32,000 nt of DNA from Acaryochloris thomasi RCC1774 (lineage in GTDB: Bacteria > Cyanobacteriota > Cyanobacteriia > Thermosynechococcales > Thermosynechococcaceae), in contig NZ_PQWO01000029.1 of assembly GCF_003231495.1 (NCBI RefSeq), positions 1-32,000 on the forward strand, given 5' to 3'. Under the pieces are notes generated by a model, which was given only the letters and a program-made list of their open reading frames with translations, was not told the DNA's origin and did not search any database. Positions 24,806-32,000 of the stretch are shown one piece after another; positions within the stretch are counted from its first letter, which is position 1, and every line of letters starts with the position of its first letter. Made by a program: the position numbers and the translations under genes.

Positions 24806-25891
24806 TTAAGGCTCTATTCCATCTTCAAAAAATTCTGTGGGTACAACGCGTACCTTAAGCTGGACGGGCTGCTCAAGACGTTCAACAAGAAACTGACGAA
24901 CCAACTGCACCTGTTTTTGAGAGATGGTGCCCGGGGGTGCGGCAACATCTAACTCAACAAAAGCACTATCAAAATCAGGGCGAACCTCAAGGCGCTGAAT
25001 CTCAGTATTGGCAAAGGTTAGCGATTCACGTGAAATTAGGGTATTTATTTCAGATTTGAGCTGCTGTCGCACCAAAATATTACGTAGAGACCAGCCGAGA
25101 GGTACTCCAAGAATCAGTAGGGAGACGCCCCCGGCCACCAAGCTCTTTCTCGCTCGTTCGAGAGAACCATAGCTCTGAAAAAGGAAAACAAGTGAACCAC
25201 TGAGAATAATACCAATCAAGTTGGTGGCAAATAGGACAGTGGCCCCTACCGCAATATTTGTGTTGGCCCAAGCGATCCCAATGCCAATCACGCTCAGTGG
25301 TGGCACTAACGCGACAGAGATTGCGACCCCAGGCAGGGCATTTTCAACCTGACGCCGCGACTGGGCAAAGGCTCCAGCAGCCCCTGCTGCCAGCGCTACG
25401 CCTAAGTCAATCAAGGTGGGCCTGACCCGAATTAAAATCTCTGAACTCGGCGTTTTCAAACCGATGAGAAATGTAATAATCGCGGCAGTCAAAACAGAAA
25501 GAATGACGCCCTTGAAGGTGGTCAATACCGATCGCTTCAGCAAGCGTCGGTTCCCCACAGTCATGGCATAGGCCATCCCAATAATAGGCCCCATCAAGGG
25601 AGCAATGATCATGGCACCAATAATGGCGGCAGCACTATTGGCAAGCAGCCCTAGCGTTGAGATCACACCAGACAGACTCAGAAGCGCATAGAAGCTTAAA
25701 GAGGGAACCGAGGCCTTCCAGAGGCTACGGTTCAGCGCAGCGATGGGCCTTTTCTTTTCAATGACCCAACTCCAATCACCGCTATTCTGATTCCAAATCT
25801 CAGAGATTTTTTTGCGCGTGCGGATGAGCTGCCGAAAAAAGCGTAGCTTCAGTAGTCTGCGCTTCAGCGAGGGTGAAGATTTATGGGTCAT
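24806..25891 (-). CDS. DUF389 (TIGR00341) family membrane protein
   Basis: 361-aa ORF. SFYALLSLSGVISTLGLLANSAAAIIGAMIIAPLMGPIIG is the characteristic DUF389 signature as I recall it. It has multiple TM helices and a soluble C-terminal domain. Confidence 0.75.
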   Translation of the reverse strand: MTHKSSPSLKRRLLKLRFFRQLIRTRKKISEIWNQNSGDWSWVIEKKRPIAALNRSLWKASVPSLSFYALLSLSGVISTLGLLANSAAAIIGAMIIAPLMGPIIGMAYAMTVGNRRLLKRSVLTTFKGVILSVLTAAIITFLIGLKTPSSEILIRVRPTLIDLGVALAAGAAGAFAQSRRQVENALPGVAISVALVPPLSVIGIGIAWANTNIAVGATVLFATNLIGIILSGSLVFLFQSYGSLERARKSLVAGGVSLLILGVPLGWSLRNILVRQQLKSEINTLISRESLTFANTEIQRLEVRPDFDSAFVELDVAAPPGTISQKQVQLVRQFLVERLEQPVQLKVRVVPTEFFEDGIEP

Positions 25892-25897
25892 GCAGGT

Positions 25898-26800
25898 TCA
25901 AGTCGGAGGAGGCTGGTCTGGATTAACTGAAACGGCATACCGAGCAGGCAATATTTTAGAGCCATATTTTTGGGCATAAACCTGTGTCAGTTCAGCACCA
26001 AAAAAGAGAATTTGAGCTGAGTAATATACCCATAGTAGAAGAACAGCAAGAGACCCGGCTGCGCCATAGGTCGAGCTAAAGCTGCTGTGGCCGAGATAAA
26101 GACCAATCAGAGCTTTACCCACCGAGAATAAAATCGAGGTCATGATCGCACCAACCCAGACGTCACTCCACTTGATCATGACGTCTGGCAGCACTTTATA
26201 AATCATGGCAAACAAGATAGTGATCACGCCAAATGAGATCACAAGGTCCAGGAATTGACCAATTTGAATCAAACCTTCCGAGCCTTTGTTGAGATACTCA
26301 CTGATGACTGCAAGGCCCGCACTGAAGATCAGAGCTACGAGCAGCAGAAAGCCAATACCTAAAACCATCGCAAAAGATAAAACGCGATCGCGCACAAAAC
26401 TGACAATCCCTCGACCGGGTTTGGGCTTGACCTGCCAGATTGTATTCAGAGCATCCTGGAGTTGCGCAAACATGCCGGTGGCTCCAAAAACCAAAAAGAC
26501 AAGACTGCTGAGTGTGGCAGTAATACCGGACCCTGACTGCTGCGTATCCCGCATCATGACCTTTACAATAGCTGCACCATCGTCGCCAACCAGATCTCTA
26601 AACTGAGCTAGAATCTGAGCCTGGGCTGCCTCTTCACCGAAGGCAAGACTCAAGATCGCAATCACAATTACGAGAATGGGAGCGAGCGAAAAGGCTGTGT
26701 AGTAAGCCAGAGCCGCCGCCAGTCGAGAGGCTTTGTCGGCCTGCCACTTCGCAATTGTCATCCTCAGCAACTTAATGGCTCGCTTTAGTTTCGGGGGCAT
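25898..26800 (-). CDS. YihY/BrkB-family inner-membrane protein
   Basis: 300-aa ORF. The N-terminus ASRLAAALAYYTAFSLAPILVIVIAI and the C-terminal AAGSLAVLLLWVYYSAQILFFGAELT are typical of YihY. Confidence 0.8.
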   Translation of the reverse strand: MPPKLKRAIKLLRMTIAKWQADKASRLAAALAYYTAFSLAPILVIVIAILSLAFGEEAAQAQILAQFRDLVGDDGAAIVKVMMRDTQQSGSGITATLSSLVFLVFGATGMFAQLQDALNTIWQVKPKPGRGIVSFVRDRVLSFAMVLGIGFLLLVALIFSAGLAVISEYLNKGSEGLIQIGQFLDLVISFGVITILFAMIYKVLPDVMIKWSDVWVGAIMTSILFSVGKALIGLYLGHSSFSSTYGAAGSLAVLLLWVYYSAQILFFGAELTQVYAQKYGSKILPARYAVSVNPDQPPPT

Positions 26801-27106
26801 ACTGACAAAGGTCCATTTAGATCGGCTTGAAGAGGCTTGTGAAGCTCTAGTTTACGCTCCGGGAAGATTGAGACGAGTGGGGTTATCAACGTTGCTTAAA
26901 ATTGTGCCGCAGATATCATCCAACTGCAGATCCCTGGCATTGTAACCGAACAGATTTTTGAATTCACGACCTAGCAAAACTAAAGCCCAAACATTTAGCT
27001 ATGTGGAGCCAAAGGAGCACAGATACGAGCGATGTTCAAAGATAAAGATGTCCGAGCAAATTCACATGCGGTTTGAGCCGGAAAATCGACTCGGAACGAA
27101 TCATGT

Positions 27107-28918
27107 CTAATCGTCTTTAAGCTTCAATACAGCCATAAAAGCCTCCTGGGGCACATCAACACTGCCCACAGACTTCATTCGCTTTTTGCCTTTTTTCTGC
27201 TTCTCTAGTAACTTGCGCTTCCGCGATACGTCGCCGCCGTAGCACTTCGCCAATACATCCTTGCGCAGGGCTGGGATGCGCTCACTAGCAATCACCTTAG
27301 AGCCAATCGCAGCCTGAATCGGAATCTTAAACTGATGGCGGGGAATGAGTTCTTTAAGTTTGCTCACTAGCGCCCGCCCCATCCCGTATGCTTTATCGCG
27401 ATGCACGATGGCCGCGAGCGAATCAACCGGATCTTCATTGATCAAAATATCAAGCTTCACCAGATGGTTCTCGCGATAGCCAATTAACTGATACTCCATG
27501 CTGGCGTAGCCGCGCGATCGCGACTTCATCTGGTCAAAAAAGTCTGTGACAACTTCCGCCAAGGGCAATTGATAAATTAACGTTGTCCGCCCCGGCGTCA
27601 GGTATTTCATATCCTTGAATTCGCCTCGCCGATCTTGGCCCAGCTCCATCAGCGTCCCCACAAACTCCTCGGGGGTAATCATATCGACTTGAACGGAGGG
27701 CTCTTCAATTTTTTCGCGGTGGTTTGGCTCTGGCAGAGTACTGGGGTTATCAATCGTGATCACCTCTCCCGTATTGGTGGTGACGCGATAGACCACTGAA
27801 GGGGCCGTAATAATCAGGTTGAGGTTGTACTCACGCTCTAAACGCTCCTGCACAATTTCCATATGCAGCAGGCCCAAAAAGCCGCACCGGAAGCCAAAGC
27901 CCATCGCGCTGGAGGTCTCAGGCTCATAGTTAAGGGCTGCGTCATTCAGCTTTAGGCGCTCCAAAGCATCGCGCAAATCAGGGAACTGATCGGCATCAAT
28001 GGGAAACATCCCGCAGAACACCATCGGCTTCGCTTCAACGTAACCTGGTAGGGGGTCTGCAGCCTCGGCTTTGGCAAGGGTAATGGTGTCGCCCACCCGA
28101 GCATCTTCTACAGCCTTGATAGAGGCTGCAATGTAACCCACTTCTCCGGCATGGAGTTCACCAACCTGGACCTGAGTCGGTGAGAGAACACCGAGTTCAT
28201 CGATATCAAATTCTTTGCCTGAGGCCATCAGGTGGATGCGATCGCCCGTCTTAACGGTCCCATCCATGACGCGGAAATATACAATGACGCCTCGGTATAC
28301 ATCGTAATAACTGTCAAAGATCAAAGCCCGCAGCGGCTTATCGGTCGTATCTTCCGGCGGCGGCACAAGATGAACAATGGATTCCAGAATTTCATCAACA
28401 CCAATGCCAGCCTTCGCTGAAGCATGAATGGCCCCACTGCAGTCAAGCCCTACAATCTCTTCAATTTCGTCCTTAACCCGCTCAGGCTCAGCACCCGGCA
28501 AATCAATCTTGTTGAGGACGGGGATAATCTCCAAATCATTCTCAATAGCGAGGTAAACGTTTGCCAAAGTTTGAGCTTCAACCCCTTGGGAAGCATCAAC
28601 AACCAGCAAAGCTCCTTCACAAGCGGCTAGAGATCGCGACACTTCATAAGAAAAGTCCACATGCCCCGGTGTGTCAATCAGATTAAGCACATATTCTTCA
28701 CCGTCTTGGGCCTTGTAGTTCATCCGAGCAGCCTGCAGCTTGATAGTGATGCCTCTCTCTCTCTCAAGATCCATGCTGTCGAGGAACTGCTCTTTCATTT
28801 CCCGAGCCTGCACCGTACCGGTCACCTGCAATAGGCGATCTGCCAGCGTAGACTTGCCGTGATCGATATGGGCAATGATCGAAAAGTTGCGAATACGAGA
28901 GACGGGAACGTCAGTCAT
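27107..28918 (-). CDS. lepA: translation elongation factor 4 (LepA)
   Basis: 603-aa ORF. It has [22 protein letters not shown] (G1), DTPGHVDF (G3) and NKIDL (G4). The LepA-specific C-terminal domain is present ([48 protein letters not shown]). Confidence 0.95.
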   Translation of the reverse strand: MTDVPVSRIRNFSIIAHIDHGKSTLADRLLQVTGTVQAREMKEQFLDSMDLERERGITIKLQAARMNYKAQDGEEYVLNLIDTPGHVDFSYEVSRSLAACEGALLVVDASQGVEAQTLANVYLAIENDLEIIPVLNKIDLPGAEPERVKDEIEEIVGLDCSGAIHASAKAGIGVDEILESIVHLVPPPEDTTDKPLRALIFDSYYDVYRGVIVYFRVMDGTVKTGDRIHLMASGKEFDIDELGVLSPTQVQVGELHAGEVGYIAASIKAVEDARVGDTITLAKAEAADPLPGYVEAKPMVFCGMFPIDADQFPDLRDALERLKLNDAALNYEPETSSAMGFGFRCGFLGLLHMEIVQERLEREYNLNLIITAPSVVYRVTTNTGEVITIDNPSTLPEPNHREKIEEPSVQVDMITPEEFVGTLMELGQDRRGEFKDMKYLTPGRTTLIYQLPLAEVVTDFFDQMKSRSRGYASMEYQLIGYRENHLVKLDILINEDPVDSLAAIVHRDKAYGMGRALVSKLKELIPRHQFKIPIQAAIGSKVIASERIPALRKDVLAKCYGGDVSRKRKLLEKQKKGKKRMKSVGSVDVPQEAFMAVLKLKDD

Positions 28919-29280
28919 GCGGTCAGTAAACTCACAAAGGGCTAAGGGAGTATGGAGAACCCCAACAAAATTGTAATCGTTCCTAACGCGGGTGCGGTGA
29001 TTTAGGTAGTGTTACGTTAACCCGTTGCCCAGATGACAGGTTGAGGGATTTACAGCTCCAGCTTTACATAGATGTCAGCTGATCAGCTCCTTCATTATCC
29101 TGATGGCTTTGCGCGGGTATCTCCGCTATCGCTTGACTTATCAAGATATCTTTAGGATTGCTGTTTAAAAAATCAGAGGGTTGCTCCCATTCATCTGCCT
29201 TCATAGAGCCAATGCAACAGAACCTTCATCAGCTTGATTTATACTATTTCAATCGGCCATTAGATTTGGAAAAAGCTTAG

Positions 29281-31488
29281 ATGCAGAAACAACAGAGCGA
29301 TGTTTTTCTGCGCACGAAGAAATTATCAGCCCTACCATTAGCGGTGACACTATGCGGCGTGATAGCTCTAACTTTTATGGCCTTCTGGGTTGTACTACAG
29401 CTCGAAAAATCCAATCGAAAGAAAGAATTTAAATTACAGGCATCCAATGCAGAATTATCCATCCAAAGAGCATTGGATCGGAATATCGAATCCATCGAAT
29501 CCATCGTTGCTCTTTACAATGCCTCTGAGACGGTTGAGCGGCAGGAGTTTCAAAAGTTTGTCGAAGTTCGCTTGCTTGAGAATTCAGCGATCAAAGCGCT
29601 GGAGTGGATACCACGGATCCCCTCTACCGAACGAGAGACCTACGAACAGGCAGCTAGACAAGAGGGGTTCCCTAACTTCCAAATCACCGAGCGCAATCTG
29701 CAGGGGCAGATAGTCAGGGCCAGTCAACGCCTAGAATACTTCCCCATCTATTACATAGAACCCTTTCAAGGCAATGAGCCTGCACTTGGCTTCGATCTAG
29801 CATCTAATCCGGCTCGACTAAAGGCGATGAATCAAGCCCGAGATCAAAATCAAGCGATCGCCACCGCTCCCATTGACTTGGTACAAGAAACACTAAAAGG
29901 CAAGAAAGGTATTCTCATCTTTTTGCCCATCTTTCGCCAAGATCAACCGATCAACTCTATTCCAGCTCGTCGCCAGAACCTAGAAGGATTTACCCTTAGC
30001 ATTTTCCTGATTGAGGATCTGATGAACCGTATCTTGGATGGCACCCTCCCAAAGGGCTTCGAATTTTACCTCTTGGATCAATCATTGCCTCAGAGCGAAC
30101 AACTCCTCTACGCCGCTTCGTCCACTCAAAAGAAGACCTCTGGCAATTTTAAGGGGGATATAGCTAGCACTCTTCAGAAAGGAATTTATTACACCACAAC
30201 CCTAGATATTGCTGAACGGAAATGGTTACTGATTGCCAAACCTAATGCAGACTCTATTGTCCATCAAAGTTCTGGTCTTCAATGGTTGGTTTTGGCGAGT
30301 GGGGGAGTCGTGATGCTTGGATCTATGGCGAACTCGTTGGCGCAAGCCCTTGAGCGCAGACAGGCAGCATCCACCTTGAAAAAGAGTGAAGCTAGATTTA
30401 GAGCATTAGTGACCTCCGCCCCAGTTGGGATTTATCAAACCTCTTTCCAGGGAGAGTGTGAGTTCGTAAACGCCCGTTGGCAAGCTATGACAGGACTTAC
30501 GATAGATGAGGCAATGGGAACTGGCTGGTCTCATGTACTCCATCCTGAGGATCGAGAGCGAATTTGGAGCGAATGGTCTCAGGCGACTGAATCGGGGATA
30601 GAGTTTGAGTCGGAATATCGATTCTTGACGCCCCAGAAAAAGGTGGTTTGGGTGTATGGCCGGGCGATCTCACTTCGAGATGATGCTGGAACCGTGACGG
30701 GCTATTTAGGAATCGTAACGGATATTAGCGATCGCAAGCGCGCAGAAGAAGAACTGCAGCAACTCAACCAAGAACTCTCTCGCTCTAATCAAGAGCTGGG
30801 TCAGTTTGCCTATGTTGCGTCTCATGATCTGCAGGAACCACTCCGTAAAATCAAAAGCTTCACCGAACTCTTGGTCAAACGCTACCCAGAACAAGGAGAC
30901 GAAAAAGCAGAGCGTTATATGAACCACATTATGGATGGGACCCATCGGATGCAGTTACTGATCCGCGATTTGCTGACCTATTCTCGAGCCGGACGAGCGG
31001 AACTTAATATTCAAACCACTGACCTAAACGAAATCTTAGAGGGCGTTAAGTCTGACCTCGCCCACATTATTGCAGAACGAGAGGTCCAGATTGATGCTCA
31101 GCTCCTGCCAACTCTATCTATAGATCCGTCGCAAATGCGGCAGTTGTTTCAGAATCTAATCAGTAATGCAATCAAATACTGTCAAGCTGATATCCCCAAA
31201 GTTTTAATTCGGGTCGTTCAATCTGAAGCATTCTGGACTTTTACCGTTCAAGATAACGGCATTGGTATTGATCCTAAGTATGCTGATCGTATTTTTGTGA
31301 TTTTCCAGCGCCTTCACAACCGTGAAGCCTATTCTGGGACCGGGATTGGCCTAGCAGTCTGCAAAAAAATTATTGAGCGACACGGTGGTAAAATCTGGCT
31401 CGATCCATCATCTCAAACTGGATCTACATTTATGTTTACGCTACCCAGCAAAGGCCAAATTCAGCAACAAGTTAAGGATGGCGGATAG
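29281..31488 (+). CDS. CHASE-PAS sensor histidine kinase
   Basis: 735-aa ORF. An N-terminal TM helix is followed by a periplasmic CHASE-like domain (IKALEWIPRIPSTERETYEQAARQEGFPNFQITE...) and a second TM helix. Then come a PAS domain (FRALVTSAPVGIYQT...), a HisKA H-box (FAYVASHDLQEPLRKI) and an HATPase domain with N box NAIKY and G boxes DNGIGID and GTGIGLAVCKKIIERHGG. Confidence 0.88.
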   Translation: MQKQQSDVFLRTKKLSALPLAVTLCGVIALTFMAFWVVLQLEKSNRKKEFKLQASNAELSIQRALDRNIESIESIVALYNASETVERQEFQKFVEVRLLENSAIKALEWIPRIPSTERETYEQAARQEGFPNFQITERNLQGQIVRASQRLEYFPIYYIEPFQGNEPALGFDLASNPARLKAMNQARDQNQAIATAPIDLVQETLKGKKGILIFLPIFRQDQPINSIPARRQNLEGFTLSIFLIEDLMNRILDGTLPKGFEFYLLDQSLPQSEQLLYAASSTQKKTSGNFKGDIASTLQKGIYYTTTLDIAERKWLLIAKPNADSIVHQSSGLQWLVLASGGVVMLGSMANSLAQALERRQAASTLKKSEARFRALVTSAPVGIYQTSFQGECEFVNARWQAMTGLTIDEAMGTGWSHVLHPEDRERIWSEWSQATESGIEFESEYRFLTPQKKVVWVYGRAISLRDDAGTVTGYLGIVTDISDRKRAEEELQQLNQELSRSNQELGQFAYVASHDLQEPLRKIKSFTELLVKRYPEQGDEKAERYMNHIMDGTHRMQLLIRDLLTYSRAGRAELNIQTTDLNEILEGVKSDLAHIIAEREVQIDAQLLPTLSIDPSQMRQLFQNLISNAIKYCQADIPKVLIRVVQSEAFWTFTVQDNGIGIDPKYADRIFVIFQRLHNREAYSGTGIGLAVCKKIIERHGGKIWLDPSSQTGSTFMFTLPSKGQIQQQVKDGG

Positions 31489-31605
31489 ACTGTGTCTCAA
31501 CTCACCCCATCAAAAGTAAAGTCAGACTCGTAATGATCTGCAAGTATTGATGAGCTACAAGCAATGCACAACAAGGAAAACATGCAATATTTACTGGGGC
31601 ATGTC

Positions 31606-31641
31606 AGAAAAAAAAGAGCCTGAGATTTTCAGGCTCTTTTT
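31606..31641. terminator. bidirectional rho-independent terminator between the convergent kinase gene and acsF
   Basis: A perfect 10-bp stem pairs AAGAGCCTGA (31614-31623) with TCAGGCTCTT (31629-31638) around a 5-nt loop. It is flanked by an A-run upstream and a T-run downstream. Confidence 0.8.
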
Positions 31642-31669
31642 CAAGTAGGTCTATCCAGACTTTATTGAA

Positions 31670-32000
31670 CTATCGAATAGTGCCCTCTAGCTGAGCCGTA
31701 GGAATTGGCTTGAGCAAATAGAGATTTAGAAACTGGATGGCGTTGGAGATAAACGCAGGTAGCTTCTTGAGAGTCTTAACCGGCTTGGACGCATTGGAAG
31801 CATCCACAGCACGGAGCTTCTCACCATTCGCAACGCAGGTTTCTAAGCGGCGATAGAAGTCAGGATGATTAACATCTAACACGATGGGGAATACGCGACC
31901 CGCAGTATCGTTAGTCTTCTCAATAACCTCCTTGTCATACTCACGGGCATTGAGGCCCAGCATGGCATAAAAGTCAGAGCGGTTTAGATCATTGAGATAC
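31670..32000 (-). CDS. acsF: Mg-protoporphyrin IX monomethyl ester oxidative cyclase (AcsF/CHL27), C-terminal part; N-terminus outside window
   Basis: ORF 31670..31963 stays open upstream to the window edge (YLNDLNRSDFYAMLGLNAREYDKEVIEKTNDTAGRVFPIVLDVNHPDFYRRLE...). This matches the recalled AcsF C-terminal pattern YLND...FY..(I/L)GL...(F/Y)D..VI..TN.T..R(I/V)FP..LDV..P.F. Confidence 0.75.
   Translation of the reverse strand, partial: YLNDLNRSDFYAMLGLNAREYDKEVIEKTNDTAGRVFPIVLDVNHPDFYRRLETCVANGEKLRAVDASNASKPVKTLKKLPAFISNAIQFLNLYLLKPIPTAQLEGTIR

Noticed and set aside
29077-29088. Perfect 12-bp palindrome AGCTGATCAGCT in the lepA/kinase divergent intergenic region
   Set aside because: About 8 perfect 12-bp palindromes are expected by chance in 32 kb, so this is not significant on its own.
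1-32000. Search for CRISPR arrays, tRNA/rRNA genes, integrase or phage genes, and known defense-system signatures other than dynamins
   Set aside because: I saw no regularly spaced direct repeats, no tRNA-like T-arm or anticodon-arm patterns, no rRNA-like segments, and no recombinase or nuclease/helicase ORFs. This scan was by eye and could miss small RNAs.

Overview
This looks like a chromosomal segment from a cyanobacterium. By eye I count 17 copies of the HIP1 octamer GCGATCGC, where about 0.5 would be expected by chance. It also carries acsF, an apparent ortholog of the Nostoc bacterial dynamin-like protein (BDLP), and cyanobacterial-type GC-rich palindromic mini-repeats. I support about 30 protein-coding genes and found no rRNA, tRNA or CRISPR array. 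Most genes are housekeeping: cysH, moaD-like, gltA, alaS, lepA, acsF, HAD hydrolases, methyltransferases and a CHASE-PAS histidine kinase. Five things merit a second look. (1) cmoB, cmoA and trhO form a complete tRNA cmo5U34 gene set. The cmoA-trhO junction has been split by a 1.6-kb two-gene lipoprotein/OmpA-like cassette, which leaves a 70-nt copy of the cmoA 3' end just upstream of trhO. The two copies differ almost only at synonymous positions. (2) A tandem BDLP pair lies in an apparent operon with two small membrane proteins. (3) An AT-rich islet between the BDLP operon and gltA encodes an orphan glycine-zipper membrane protein and a secreted Cys-containing protein. A perfect 15-bp-stem inverted repeat lies at its gltA-side edge. 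(4) A decayed IS6-family element of about 250 bp retains both IS26-like inverted repeats. (5) cysH is translationally coupled to a MoaD-type sulfur-carrier gene. All family calls come from motif recognition and recalled reference sequences. No database search was run.
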